The translations under genes and the position numbers were made by a program. Shown here piece after piece: positions 49,628 through 61,405 of a DNA stretch of 64,000 bases. The notes under the pieces are model-generated. The model did not search any database, was not told the DNA's origin, and worked only from the letters and a program-made list of their open reading frames with translations. The stretch lies in the NCBI GenBank assembly GCA_965248195.1, contig CBDFIQ010000002.1, positions 1,472,001 through 1,536,000 on the forward strand. The letters run 5' to 3'. The stretch comes from Longimicrobiales bacterium (lineage in GTDB: Bacteria > Gemmatimonadota > Gemmatimonadetes > Longimicrobiales > Gaopeijiaceae). How positions within the stretch are numbered: position 1 is the stretch's first letter; every line of letters begins with the position of its first letter.

Positions 49628-50602
49628 TCATCGGTAGCGAGCCCCGGCGAGGCGTGCGGTCCGCCATGTGCTGCCGCGGCGGATTGAGGCGCGGGCGGCC
49701 TGCCGTCGGGCCTGTTTCTCCAGCGCCACGCTGCGCTTCATGGCGGCCTGGAGACCGCCGTACTCCTCCAGGATCGGGACCGCGCCCGCGAGAATGGCCT
49801 CCTCGATCCGGGCGAGCTCCTTGCGAACCTGGGGGTCGAGTTCGGCTGGACCGGAGGGCTCGGCCCAGTGCCGCATGACTCGCCGTGCCCGCTCAAGCTC
49901 TCTCGAGGTGCGACCGACCGCGACAACCTCGACGGATCGGCCTCGTCTCCCAAGCGCGTGCCAGAGCCCGCGGTGCGCCGCACCCCAGGAGTGAAGCGCG
50001 GTCGCGGTCGCGTGGCCGGGATCGGCGTAGACGAAGACGGCGCTCTCGGCCTCCAGCGCGACCGGCAGCTTTACCGGAAAGTAGCGCCGAGTCGCACCGG
50101 CGGCACCCCGGTAAACCCGGACGGGCAGCAGCCCGTGTTCGATGCCGAGGGCCTCGAACGCGGCGACTTTCTCGGATTCGGTGGCCAGCTAAGGCAAGCC
50201 GGGATGCTCGATCACGTAGTCGAGCGAGAGCAGGCGCCGCATGAGTACGGCGGGCGAGGCGTCGCGGCGGTGGCGGATGTGCTCGGCTCCGATGGCCCGG
50301 TAGATCCGCCGGGAGAAGATGCGGCACACGCGGCCGATCCCCCGGATGCCGGGCACGGTGTCCTCGGCGGCCAGGCCCTGCGCGATCAGCGCGTGGACGA
50401 CGCGCCGCACCTGTTCGGGGTGCGCTTCAAGGAACCGCGCGCACTGGGCGTGGGTGAACGCGCCGCTGTGGAGGCAGACGAACGCGATCCACCCGGCCTT
50501 TTCTCCCGTCCAGCCGAATGGCGCGAGCGCCTCTTCGCTTCCCTGGAGGTGAACGATCGCATCGCTCACCGCCGAGTTGAACTGCTGCTTCCGCGTCTCC
50601 AT
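49628..50602 (-). pseudogene. lead gene of the element (putative wHTH DNA-binding/processing protein) interrupted by one in-frame TAG
   Basis: 50189..50602 and 49628..49876 are in the same frame, and manual translation between them finds no stop other than the TAG at 50189-50191. Confidence 0.8.
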
Positions 50603-50640
50603 GCCCCTAACGGTGAAGAGCCGTTTGCAAGAAAGTCAAC

Positions 50641-50658
50641 ATTGGGAAATCTCCCAAT
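50641..50658. promoter_or_regulatory. palindromic operator-like site upstream of the element's operon
   Basis: ATTGGGA-AATC-TCCCAAT perfect 7-bp inverted repeat, next to a minus-strand TTGACT (-35-like) hexamer. Confidence 0.5.
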
Positions 50659-51002
50659 TGCTTGTAGCGGCTAGAGATAGCCAGTACGGTACGCGGGCTG
50701 TTGGACACCGCCGCCAGCGCCAGCGCCACCGCCCCCACATGGCTCGCTGGAAGCTTGGTCACGGGACGTAGCGCGACCGGGAGGCCGGTCTGGGCAAAGC
50801 GTCGCGCCCGGCGGAACCCGAGCGCGGCGGGGACGCACTTGTGCCAGGGGAATCTTTAGAAGAACTACCGCAGCTCCGTTTGCCCGACCTCCTTGCTGAG
50901 GCGACATCGGCGCCTTCGCCTAACGGATCGAGTGGATGATACGTCTCAGGGGGTAGCAGGCACGTCAAACGTGCTCAACACGGAGGGCGGTAGCGGTGTC
51001 TC

Positions 51003-51701
51003 ATGGGTGAAGAGGGGCGTGCAACGGACGAGGTTCTGGTCCGGAAGGCACAGGCCGGTGATAGCCAGGCCTTCGGGACTCTCGTGGGCCGATACATGCG
51101 CGCGGCCTATGCTGTCAGCCTTTCGGTTACCGGTCATCATGACGATGCCGAGGACGCTGCACAGGAGGGGTTCATAGTCGCTCTTGAACGACTCGATGAT
51201 TGCAGGGCGCCCGACCGATTCGTTGGTTGGCTTATGACGATTGTACGGAACCGTGCTCGCAACTTGGTGCGTAGAGAAGTCCTACGGGATACCGATGCCG
51301 TACCCGAGACGGCTGCGGCCCGGGGTCGGACGCCGGATAAGGCGGCGGAGCATGCAGAACTTCAGGAACGGCTGGGAATCGCGCTTCGGCGGCTTCCGGA
51401 GGTCCAAAGAGAAATCGTGCTCCTTCACGATCTCGAGGGTTGGCGGCATCGGGAGATCGCGGAGTACCTCGGGATCCCCTCGGGGACAGTGCGATCGCAT
51501 CTCCACTTTGCCAGAAAATCCTTGCGGCGAGACGCGGATCTGGCACAGGTCGCGACCGAGCGCGGGCCCAACGGGCATGTTCAGACCGAGGAGATATCAC
51601 ACGTTGGGCCAGGGCAGGATGTCGAGAATGTGCCGGTCGGGAGTGACTCGCAGGATATGAAGAGCGAAGAAGGTGAAACCTACAGAGAGCACCGAGCATA
51701 G
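51003..51701 (+). CDS. ECF-family RNA polymerase sigma-70 factor
   Basis: GDSQAFGTLV, DAEDAAQE, WLMTIVRN and LP..QREIVLLHDLEG..EIAE.LGIPSGTVRSHL. Confidence 0.92.
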   Translation: MGEEGRATDEVLVRKAQAGDSQAFGTLVGRYMRAAYAVSLSVTGHHDDAEDAAQEGFIVALERLDDCRAPDRFVGWLMTIVRNRARNLVRREVLRDTDAVPETAAARGRTPDKAAEHAELQERLGIALRRLPEVQREIVLLHDLEGWRHREIAEYLGIPSGTVRSHLHFARKSLRRDADLAQVATERGPNGHVQTEEISHVGPGQDVENVPVGSDSQDMKSEEGETYREHRA

Positions 51702-51711
51702 GGAGAACAGC

Positions 51712-52116
51712 ATGACGAGCGACAGGCGTAAGGTGCGCTTCGGCCCGCGGGGAGGCGATGGTCCTCAGGGAGGGGACCACGACCTGGTTATCCTCGATCC
51801 GGGACTCGACGACCCTGGGTACTGGTTGCGGTTTCGGTCTCTCGTGATGGCGCGGGCGGCAGACGAATTATCGAGGCGCCGTCTCGCGGCGGAGATGGGG
51901 GTCGCGGGCCTTCTTCAGTCATGGTCCAAGACGGTTATTCCTGCGGCGGCGATCGCGGCGGCGATCGCGGGTGTCCTTTTCCTGCGGGGGCGGCCGACTC
52001 CCGAATGGGGAGTCGAGGAAGCACTCACGGTGGGGCTGGAAGACCGCACCCTTCCACAATTGATGGACCAGTCCGAAGGGGCCGATCCCTTCCTTTTTGT
52101 CGAGGTGACGTTCTGA
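51712..52116 (+). CDS. putative membrane anti-sigma factor
   Basis: Single TM helix, located directly after the ECF sigma. Confidence 0.55.
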   Translation: MTSDRRKVRFGPRGGDGPQGGDHDLVILDPGLDDPGYWLRFRSLVMARAADELSRRRLAAEMGVAGLLQSWSKTVIPAAAIAAAIAGVLFLRGRPTPEWGVEEALTVGLEDRTLPQLMDQSEGADPFLFVEVTF

Positions 52117-52535
52117 TGATTACGCCTAGCCCTTTCAAGGCGAGAATGGTGGCCGGGACCGCTTTGGCGCTCCTGTTCGGGAGCGGCGTTGTGGTCGGGC
52201 TCGCCTGGGATCAAACGGCCAGTGCCGGCCCGCCCGAGGAGGTCCGGACGGAAGAGGGGCCCCGTGACCGGGAAGGGCGCCGGCGGATGATCGTGGACAA
52301 CGTCGGCCTCAACACCGTCCAGAAGGCCGCGGTCGACTCGCTCGTAGTATTCCACCGGCAACGCATGTCCGACCTGGACACGGAGTTCCGGCCGCGGTAC
52401 CGGGCCGTGATTCGTGATCTGCGGGAGGAGATCAAACAGGTGCTCACCGACGATCAACGTGTGAGGTACGACGTATTGCTGGCGGAGCACGACGCCGCGC
52501 GCGCCGAACGACGTCGCAGGAGCTCGGAAAAATAG
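52116..52535 (+). CDS. periplasmic helical protein (Spy/CpxP/heavy-metal-sensor-like)
   Basis: N-terminal TM, then a helical hairpin with an LTDDQ (LTxxQ) motif. Confidence 0.65.
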   Translation: MITPSPFKARMVAGTALALLFGSGVVVGLAWDQTASAGPPEEVRTEEGPRDREGRRRMIVDNVGLNTVQKAAVDSLVVFHRQRMSDLDTEFRPRYRAVIRDLREEIKQVLTDDQRVRYDVLLAEHDAARAERRRRSSEK

Positions 52536-52559
52536 GCCTTTTGACTCAAAGTAAGCCTC

Positions 52560-53870
52560 ATGACTCATAGAACGATACTCACGCTCGGCGCGGTATTTGT
52601 CTTGGCCAGGGTCGGGGCCGCCCAAGAGCGGTCTCTTCTGGATGCGGGGGCCACGCGCATCACACTGGACGACGCACTGACGAGGGCGGTCGCGCTGAGC
52701 CCGCAATTGGCCCAATCCGAGCAGTCCCTGGTCAACGCGGGCGAATCCCGGCGCACGGCCGTGGGAGCTTTTCTCCCTACGATTTCGACCAATTCGGGGA
52801 TGTCCGTTCGGAGTACGCAGCGGTTCGACCAGGCCACGGACCGTCTCGTAACGGGCAACTCCAATTCCTATAACGCGGGCATCACCGCCCGGTACGACCT
52901 GTTCCGCGGGGGGCAGCGTTTCTCGGAGCTCGACCGTGCCGCCGCGGACCTAGCGGCGGCTCGGGCGCGCCGCGAGGACCAGCGTTTCAATGTGACCTTC
53001 CAGACGAAGAACCTCTTCTTTCAGGCCCTTCGGCAGGAGGAGCTGCTTGCGGTCGCCCGGCGTAGGATCGACCAGGCGACGCAGAGCCTGGAGATGACCC
53101 GAACGCAGCAGTTGGTGGGAGGCGGAACCGTCTCCGACACCCTCCGTGCCAGGCTGGAGTTCATCAATGCCCGTCAAGCCGTGCTCAACGCCGAGGTCCA
53201 GACCAGAGCAGCCCGCTTCGCGCTCGGTCGTCAGGTGGGGGTGTCTGAGCCGGCCATCCCGGTGGCCCCGGACGACCTGGAGCCCCGCCCGCTCCTGTTG
53301 TCCGAGGCCGAGGTGCTCGAAGTCGCTGAGAGCTTCGCGCCTTCGGTGCAGGCCGCCGAAGCGGTATTCGAGGCAGCTCGAGAGGCGTATTCCTCCTCCA
53401 AGTCCGTTTACATTCCCTCCCTGAGCTTGAGCAGTGGCTACAACTGGTCGAACCAGGCGGCCTCATTTTCAGGGGGGAGTACGAGCTGGAACCTGAACTT
53501 CAACCTGAGCTATCCGCTCTTCAACGGCTTTTCCAGGGAAGCGAACATCGTCCGGGCGGAGTACTCGACCCGCGTGGCGCGTCTCGAGGAAGACGACGCG
53601 CGGCTGGCCTCCCGCCAAGAGACCGACGCTGCCCTGCGGGCGTTGGAGACCTCCGTGCTGGCCATTGACATCGCGGGGGAGGCCACCGCCGTGGCCGACG
53701 AAGATCTTCGTGTCACTCGTGAGCGCTACCGGGTAGGCGTAGCGATCATCTTGGACGTCGTCACGAGCCAAATTGCGGCCGATCAGGCCGGGGTGGACCT
53801 CGTGAACGCCCGCTACGACTACGTATTAGCCCGGGCGGAGCTCGAGGCCATCCTCGGGAGGGATCTGTGA
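52560..53870 (+). CDS. TolC-family outer-membrane efflux protein
   Basis: [19 protein letters not shown] and RERYRVG..ILDV..Q motifs. Confidence 0.9.
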   Translation: MTHRTILTLGAVFVLARVGAAQERSLLDAGATRITLDDALTRAVALSPQLAQSEQSLVNAGESRRTAVGAFLPTISTNSGMSVRSTQRFDQATDRLVTGNSNSYNAGITARYDLFRGGQRFSELDRAAADLAAARARREDQRFNVTFQTKNLFFQALRQEELLAVARRRIDQATQSLEMTRTQQLVGGGTVSDTLRARLEFINARQAVLNAEVQTRAARFALGRQVGVSEPAIPVAPDDLEPRPLLLSEAEVLEVAESFAPSVQAAEAVFEAAREAYSSSKSVYIPSLSLSSGYNWSNQAASFSGGSTSWNLNFNLSYPLFNGFSREANIVRAEYSTRVARLEEDDARLASRQETDAALRALETSVLAIDIAGEATAVADEDLRVTRERYRVGVAIILDVVTSQIAADQAGVDLVNARYDYVLARAELEAILGRDL

Positions 53871-54574
53871 GCGATTTAATCATCCGGACTCGGGGGCTCC
53901 GTAAGGACTACATCCTCGGCGCCGAGACCGTACGGGCGCTGCGTGGCGTCGACCTGGAGATTCATCCCGGAGAGTTCGTGGCCATCATGGGTCCGTCCGG
54001 GAGCGGCAAGTCCACCTTCATGAACCTGATCGGGTGCCTGGATACGCCGTCAGAAGGAGATTATTGGCTGAACGGTGTGCAGGTCAGCGAACTGAGTGAC
54101 GATGAGCTCGCCCGCATTCGAAATCGCGAGATCGGGTTCGTCTTTCAGACCTTCAACCTCCTTCCCCGGGCCACCGCGCTACACAACGTGGAGCTCCCGC
54201 TCATCTATACGGGAATCAGCTCAAGGGAGCGAAAGCAGCGGGCCGAGGAGAAGCTAGGGTTGGTTGGGCTCGCCGACCGGATGGACCACCGGCCGCCGGA
54301 ACTCTCCGGGGGGCAGAGACAGCGCGTGGCCGTCGCCAGGGCCCTGGTCAACGACCCGGCGCTTCTCCTGGCAGACGAGCCCACGGGAAACCTCGACTCG
54401 GTTACGGGTGAGGAGATCATGAACATCTTCGTCGAGTTGAACCAGCGGGGCCAGACCATCGTGCTGGTCACACACGAGCAGATGGTCGCCGAGTACTCCA
54501 GACGCCAGGTTCACCTGCACGACGGCGTAATCGCCAAGGATTTTCCGACTGAGCACATTGGGGCGCACATATGA
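53867..54574 (+). CDS. ABC transporter ATP-binding protein (MacB-type)
   Basis: [18 protein letters not shown] and ADEPTGNLD. Confidence 0.93.
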   Translation: MSDLIIRTRGLRKDYILGAETVRALRGVDLEIHPGEFVAIMGPSGSGKSTFMNLIGCLDTPSEGDYWLNGVQVSELSDDELARIRNREIGFVFQTFNLLPRATALHNVELPLIYTGISSRERKQRAEEKLGLVGLADRMDHRPPELSGGQRQRVAVARALVNDPALLLADEPTGNLDSVTGEEIMNIFVELNQRGQTIVLVTHEQMVAEYSRRQVHLHDGVIAKDFPTEHIGAHI

Positions 54575-56082
54575 TGCGGATGAGATTGTTGGGTGCGGCC
54601 TTCTTGGCTCACACCCTCGTGGCTTGTGGAAGTAGTGACGTGGACGAGGCGCCATCGCTTCAGACCACGGCTGTCGTGCGCGGAGATCTGATGATCATCG
54701 CAGAGGCCACGGGTAACGTGGAGCCCATCCGCAAGGTGGAGGTCAAGTCCAAGGCATCTGGGGAGGTCCTTCGGCTGCACGTCGACATCGGCGACGAGGT
54801 AGAGCCCGGCGCGCTCCTCGCGGAGGTCGATCCTCGAGATGTCCAGAACGCGTTCGACCAGGCCGAGGCGGACCTGGACGTCGCGCGAGCCAGGCTGGAG
54901 ATCTCTCAAGCACAACTCGAGCGTTCCGAAGAGCTGTTGCGATCGGGCGTCATCTCCACTCAGGAGCACGAGAGCAGGAGCCTGGACTTCGCCAATTCCC
55001 GGGCGACGCTGGTCAGAGCCGAGACCAACTACGAGTTGAGCCAGCTCCGCATGACCGACGTGACCATCCGGGCGCCCCTGGCGGGTACCGTGCTCGAGAA
55101 GAACGTCGAGGAAGGTCAGGTCATCCAGTCGGCCTCCCAGAACGTCTCGGGGGGAACCACGCTGATGGTCATGGCCAACCTCGAGTCCATGCAGGTACGG
55201 ACCCTCGTGGATGAGACCGACATGGGCGATATCCGCCCCGGAATGCAGGCGAACGTGACCGTGGAGGCCTATCCCGAGCGGCGCTTCGTCGGGGTCGTGG
55301 AGAAGATCGAGCCCCAGGCCATCGTGCAGCAGAACGTCACGATGTTTCCGGTGATCGTGCAGCTCGACAACGATTCCGGGCTGCTTCGCCCGGGGATGAA
55401 CGCCGAGGTCGAGGTCGAGCTCGCCCAGGCCACTGGGGTGCTGCTGATCCCGAACAACGCGGTGGTGACGCCCCAGGACACACAGCCGGCGGCGATGGTG
55501 CTCGGGCTCGACCCCGAAGCCATCGATATTCGTGGCCTCTTCGCTGGGGTGGCGGGTGGCGGCGGCCGCGGTGGTCGCGCCCGGGGTCAAGGTGGCGGAG
55601 GGGACGGGCAGCCCCGTGATGGTGGAGCCGGCACTCCCCGTGCACGTGCGGCTGGTGGCGCGGCTTTCGACTCCTTGAGGGCGTTGGTCGCGAGTGGTGA
55701 GATCTCCCAGGACTCCGCCCGGGCGCTCTTCTCCGGTCAACGCGGTGGCGCCGGGGGTGGTGGCTTTTTCGGTCCGGGCGGTCGAAGGCCGGGTGCCCGA
55801 ACGGAGCAGGGAGGAGAGGCTGCCGCCGCTTCACGAAGAGACACTCGCCGCGCCGTGGTGTTCGTCATGGCCGAAGACGGGACGATCGAACCCCGAGCGG
55901 TCATGATCGGGCTCAACGACTGGGATTTCACCGAGGTCGTGAGTGGCCTCGAGGAGGGCGAGCAGATCGCGATTGTCGGTGCCGCACAGCTGCGAGCCTC
56001 ACAGGATGAATTCCTCGACCGGATTCGGTCGAACTCGAACCCGTTCGGTGGCGGCGATCCGGGCGGAGGCCGATTCCGGTAG
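54571..56082 (+). CDS. efflux periplasmic adaptor (MacA-like lipoprotein) with Gly-rich insert
   Basis: Lipobox LVAC, VKSKASG, IRAPLAG, VDETD and LRPGMNA. Confidence 0.9.
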   Translation: MMRMRLLGAAFLAHTLVACGSSDVDEAPSLQTTAVVRGDLMIIAEATGNVEPIRKVEVKSKASGEVLRLHVDIGDEVEPGALLAEVDPRDVQNAFDQAEADLDVARARLEISQAQLERSEELLRSGVISTQEHESRSLDFANSRATLVRAETNYELSQLRMTDVTIRAPLAGTVLEKNVEEGQVIQSASQNVSGGTTLMVMANLESMQVRTLVDETDMGDIRPGMQANVTVEAYPERRFVGVVEKIEPQAIVQQNVTMFPVIVQLDNDSGLLRPGMNAEVEVELAQATGVLLIPNNAVVTPQDTQPAAMVLGLDPEAIDIRGLFAGVAGGGGRGGRARGQGGGGDGQPRDGGAGTPRARAAGGAAFDSLRALVASGEISQDSARALFSGQRGGAGGGGFFGPGGRRPGARTEQGGEAAAASRRDTRRAVVFVMAEDGTIEPRAVMIGLNDWDFTEVVSGLEEGEQIAIVGAAQLRASQDEFLDRIRSNSNPFGGGDPGGGRFR

Positions 56083-56087
56083 GCGCC

Positions 56088-57302
<1,215 letters not shown>

Positions 57303-57321
57303 TCGGGGTGCACTGCGGGCG

Positions 57322-57439
57322 GCCGGGAGGGTGTGACGCCCTCTCTCCGCCGACGCTGCGGGCCGCGGCAGAGCCGCAGACCGGATGCTCCACCGCTTCG
57401 CGGCGGACCGGCTCCGATAGGGCGTCACACCCTCCCGGC
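57322..57439. repeat. 118-bp element bounded by perfect 21-bp inverted repeats (MITE/REP-like)
   Basis: GCCGGGAGGGTGTGACGCCCT at 57322-57342 and its exact reverse complement at 57419-57439. Confidence 0.8.
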
Positions 57440-57469
57440 TTAGGATAGGTACACACTCTCCGGCTTTTG

Positions 57470-57809
57470 GGGAGGTTGGGTCAATAGGTGTGTAAACGTA
57501 TCAGGCGGCATTCTTCCGCTGTTGGGTTGAGACGGGCTTTCCGTCTTCGAACTTCCTTCCTTCAAACACGTCCTTGAGGAGGTGAGGAGCGTCGAGCCTT
57601 CGGAACCGCTTCTCGGCCACCAAGAGCAACTTCCAGATCAGCGCCGTAGCGCTCTCGACCCGCTTGAATCGCTTCGCCGCCGTCGTCCTGAGCCGTATGA
57701 TCTGCTCCGGAGTGTGTCGCTTCCTTCCCATCCTGACCTCCTCGCTGTAAAGCTTCAGACCCGGTCGATCCTAACATTGCACCTGGTCTCGTTTCAGTGG
57801 GTCAGGTCA
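57470..57809 (-). mobile_element. chimeric IS remnant: IS3-family left end and orfA start fused to an IS256-family 3' end
   Basis: TGACCTGACCC... IS3-like IRL, MGRKRHTPEQII (IS3 OrfA), then RTTAAKRFKRVESATALIWKLL..RFRRL (IS256 C-terminus) and a TTTACACA end motif. Confidence 0.75.
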
Positions 57810-57958
57810 ATCACGTAGCCCGTCTTACGATCGACGAAGGTGAGGACGCAGTGCTTGTCGGAGCTTCCGATGAGGCCGGTGGTTCCTAGCGGTTGGGACG
57901 CGTTAGCTTCCGGGAGCATTCAGCCCCGGCGTCGTCTGGACCTTGAGAACCCGCTTCG

Positions 57959-59407
57959 ATGAACATTCCCTTCGACAACACCTACGCCCAGCTGCCAGAA
58001 CGTTTTTTCGTCAAACAGGAACCCGCCCGTGTTCCGGAACCGAAGCTCATCCGCTTCAACCGCGAACTAGCGGCGAAGCTCTCGATCGACACCGACTGGC
58101 TGGAATCAGCCGACGGCGTCGCGACGCTCGCGGGCAATGCGATTCCCGAGGGTGCCGAGCCGATTGCACAAGCCTACGCTGGCCACCAGTTCGGTGGATT
58201 CTCGCCACAACTCGGCGACGGCCGCGCCATCCTTCTCGGCGAAGTCATCGACGCGCACGGCGCGCGTCACGATCTGCAGTTGAAGGGCTCAGGGCGCACG
58301 CCATTCTCGCGCGGCGGCGATGGCAAATCTGCGCTCGGCCCGGTGATCCGCGAATACATCGTCAGCGAAGCCATGGCCGCGCTTGGGGTTCCCACAACCC
58401 GGGCGCTCGGCGCTGTTACCACCGGCGAAAGCGTCATACGCCCAGAAGGACCGCTCCTCGGCGCTGTGTTCACCCGCGTTGCCGCAAGTCACATTCGCGT
58501 CGGGACTTTCGAATATTTTCGCGCACGCAACGATATCGATGCCTTGCAACTGCTCGCCGATCATGCCATTGCCCGGCACTACTCGGAGGCCGCCGAAGCG
58601 ACAGATTCTTATGTGGCTTTGCTAGAGTCGGTCGCGGATGCCCAAGCGGATCTCATCGCCCAGTGGATGTCTCTCGGCTTCATCCACGGTGTGATGAACA
58701 CGGACAATACCGCCATTTCCGGGGAGACGATCGACTACGGCCCGTGCGCGTTCATGGACGTCTTCCACGCACAGTGCGTCTTCAGCTCCATCGACTCCGG
58801 TGCGCGCTATTCCTGGGGCAACCAGCCCGACATCGGGCTCTGGAACCTCACCCGTTTCGCGGAAACCCTGCTGCCATTGTTGTCTGAGGATTCTGGTAAA
58901 GCGACGAAGATCGCCGAGGCCACTCTCTCCGGATATCCGAAGCGATTCGGCGGCCAATACCTCGCCTGCTTCCGCGCCAAACTCGGCCTCCCACCTGAGG
59001 CACCAGTCGGGCTCATCAAGGAGTGTCTCGATCTACTGGGCGCCCAAGCGGTCGACTTCACACTCTTCTTCCGTCACCTCACACGTGTCGCCGGCGGAGA
59101 GGACTCGAAAACGCTTGCGGCGATGTTTTCCAGCAGTGAGCCTTTTCAAAAATGGTTCGCCACATGGCGTAGCGAAGCCGACCCAGCCAAGCACCTCGCT
59201 CACATGCGCGCTGCCAACCCCATCCTCATCCCGCGCAATCACCGCGTCGAGCAAGCCATCCAGAGCGCCTACGATGGTGACTTCGCGCCGTTCCACCGTC
59301 TCGTCGATGCGCTAGCAGCGCCCTACGCTGACCAGGTCGAATATGCTGATCTCGAAGCAGCACCGCGACCAGAAGAAGTCGTCCACGAAACTTTTTGTGG
59401 CACGTAG
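57959..59407 (+). CDS. selO: protein adenylyltransferase SelO (YdiU family)
   Basis: YAGHQFG..LGDGRA, QLKGSG.TPFSRGGDG, GFIHGVMNTDN, IDYGP, IPRNH and terminal TFCGT. Confidence 0.95.
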   Translation: MNIPFDNTYAQLPERFFVKQEPARVPEPKLIRFNRELAAKLSIDTDWLESADGVATLAGNAIPEGAEPIAQAYAGHQFGGFSPQLGDGRAILLGEVIDAHGARHDLQLKGSGRTPFSRGGDGKSALGPVIREYIVSEAMAALGVPTTRALGAVTTGESVIRPEGPLLGAVFTRVAASHIRVGTFEYFRARNDIDALQLLADHAIARHYSEAAEATDSYVALLESVADAQADLIAQWMSLGFIHGVMNTDNTAISGETIDYGPCAFMDVFHAQCVFSSIDSGARYSWGNQPDIGLWNLTRFAETLLPLLSEDSGKATKIAEATLSGYPKRFGGQYLACFRAKLGLPPEAPVGLIKECLDLLGAQAVDFTLFFRHLTRVAGGEDSKTLAAMFSSSEPFQKWFATWRSEADPAKHLAHMRAANPILIPRNHRVEQAIQSAYDGDFAPFHRLVDALAAPYADQVEYADLEAAPRPEEVVHETFCGT

Positions 59408-59674
59408 CGCGCCAGCATCTCCACTGGTTCTGGAATCCAACGCGGGCCTCTCAGTCATCCTCATCCTCTCCCGGCAGGAGCTTCTCTGCCAACTGTTCAA
59501 AAGGGTCGTGCTCCCGTTTACGGCGTTGAGGCCGCCCATCGCCGCGGATCGAATTTGAGGCAAGATCAACTGTGGTCCGATCTCCAGTGCCACCTGGCCC
59601 GCATCGATCCTGCGGTTGATCGCGTTCGCAGCAAGCGGGGCATCGATCCATGACCACACCCAGAACCCGAACGG

Positions 59675-60760
59675 TCAAGTCCCGAGTTGTGTGTAAAAGT
59701 GAGGGGAAGCTCCTCGATGCTTCGGTTAGGCTGCCTTGGCGACCTCCTTCGGTTCGAGAAGCGTGAGATCGAGGTAGCGGCGTTCGCTCCAGACCGCAGT
59801 AGTCCTCAGAGCAACCGCGGTGATGAGGCGGAGCGCACTGGCTCGGTCGGGGAAGGCGCCGGCGCTCCGGATCCGACGCTTGATCTCGGTGTGCAGGCGC
59901 TCGAGGCTGTTCGTGGTGCGTGGCCTGGCCCAGTGGGGCTCGGGGAACGCGTAGAACTGGGTGGCGGCCGTGAAGCCCCGCTCGAGCACCTTCATTGCCT
60001 CGGGGAGCTCCTCTTGCCAGCGCGTCGTGATCTCGGCCAGGCGCTTCTTCGCCTCAGCGAGCCCGGGGGCCCGGAAGACGGCGGCAACCTCGCACGCCAC
60101 ACGCTTGGGCAGGCGATGCGGGACCTTGGCCAGCACGTTGCGTTGCAGGTGCACGGTGCAGCGCTGACGGCGCACCTCAGGCAGGAAGCGGCGCACCGCA
60201 GCTGCCAGGCCCGCATGCTCGTCGGCGATCACCAGTTCGACGCCGCTGAGACCTCGCTCCAGGAGCTGCTCGAGGAGCTCCGGCCAACTGTCCTCTGACT
60301 CCTCAGGGCCTAGCGTGATGGCCAGGAGCCGGCGGTGACCGTCCGGATCCACCGCGTAGGCCACGAGCGCGCTCACGTTCTCGACCTTCCTGGCCCAGCG
60401 CGCATCACGAGGCCCAGCGCGAGGAACGTCGCGTCCAGATACAGATAGGGGTGAGGCCCCTCGATGGGTGCGCTCCGCAGCGCTTCTACAGCCCCATCGA
60501 GCCGCTTCGTGACACACCGCTCACGTAGGCCTCCACCATCTTCTCGTCCACTTCTTCACTCCTGTGCCGGTAGCGGCCCATCACGTCGGCGGGCGAGCCG
60601 CCTTCCCGGCTGCGCGGCACCATCACGTCGATCTGACCCAAGCTCGTGAGCAGGCGCCTGAGGTACGTGCCGTTCCTGTGGTCCTTCCGGCTGCCGACCC
60701 GCTCGAAACGACGCGCTCCGACCATCGCTTTCAACTCCTCCTCCAGCACCTCCTCAGACG
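59675..60760 (-). mobile_element. IS256-family element with frameshifted, deleted transposase
   Basis: Fragments in different frames: HRNGTY..VPRSR, YLYLDA, QRCTVH.QRN and TTNSLERL..EIKRR. A TTTACACA-containing right end is at ~59675-59700. Confidence 0.88.
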
Positions 60761-60886
60761 CCGAATCGAGGACTTCGACAACGGAGCCCCCTCGCCCAGC
60801 AGGCCTCTCATCGCAAGCTCGAAGTTCCCTTCCGCCAGACCGTGCAGGTACAGCTCCGGGAGCAGCGCACCCACCTCTTTGGTCCT
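60760..60886 (-). mobile_element. internal fragment of a second, different IS256-family transposase
   Basis: RRTKEVGALLPELYLHGLAEGNFELAMRGLLGEGAPLSKSSIRRL is the 'LY..G.S...LS.S.I.RL' region of IS256 transposases. Confidence 0.7.
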
Positions 60887-60935
60887 CCGGCAAGACCTCG
60901 GCCTGCATGTATCCGTTCGCCCAGCAGCTCCTCTC
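60887..60935 (+). pseudogene. 49-bp relic of a virD4-like gene (Walker A region)
   Basis: Encodes GKTSACMYPFAQQLLS; 46/49 nt match the reverse complement of 48866..48914. Confidence 0.85.
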
Positions 60936-61405
60936 CTCTCCGCCTTCAACAAGAGTTCGGATTTGACCTGGTACTCGATGGTGCCGCAGAGGCGTACCTT
61001 GTCATCGACGAAATCCACGCCGCGAACGTACCGGTGATCGTGCACCCAACCATGGCGAGACATCAGGGTACACTCGAAAACGCCACGTTTGAGACCGTGC
61101 GCCGGCTCCAGGATGCTGGGGTCCTGGTTGCGCTGCAGAGTGGGTACGAGCCCTACGTACCCAAGACACGTGTGGTCCTGTTTGAGGTGGCCATGGCCGT
61201 ACATTACGGAATGTCCTTCGAGAATGCGCTCCGGTCGATTTCGATCGACGCGGCCCGCATCCTCGGCCAGGATCAACGCGTCGGCTCGATCGAGCAGGGA
61301 AAGGATGGCGATCTGGCTCTCTTCGACGGAGACCCGTTCGAGTACACGACACGGGTGTGTGGAGTCATCCTCGATGGTCAGCTCGTTACCGAGGAGTGTC
61401 GATAG
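60936..61405 (+). pseudogene. C-terminal fragment of an amidohydrolase-family protein
   Basis: ALRSISIDAARILG...VGSIEQGKDGDL..FDGDP motif. The N-terminal part is replaced by mobile-element debris. Confidence 0.82.

Larger units (their letters stand above)
42335..50700 (-). mobile_element. ~8.3-kb integrative (mobilisable-type) element, partly decayed; boundaries approximate
   Basis: Co-directional int, xis-like, relaxase-like, ardC, virB11-like and virD4-like genes. Visibly higher GC than the flanks, with a truncated gene on the left. Confidence 0.85.

Noticed and set aside
47287..49878. 863-aa plus-strand ORF (and similar long ORFs 42437..43780, 44379..45587, 23210..24355, 54511..55740)
   Set aside because: These are antisense shadows of well-supported genes in high-GC DNA, with no motifs and Arg/Pro/Ala-biased composition.
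50189..50191. Programmed amber read-through (pyrrolysine or recoding)
   Set aside because: TAG is used as a normal stop by many genes here, there are no pyl genes in the window, and the neighbouring virB11 is also broken, so a nonsense mutation is simpler.
50830..50848. sigma54 promoter on the minus strand (TGGCACAAGTGCGTC)
   Set aside because: The -24 box is good, but there is no GC at the required 10-nt spacing.
59411..59670. Short ORFs between selO and the IS256 end
   Set aside because: Possibly a gene fragment, but no family motif or consistent frame could be supported by eye.
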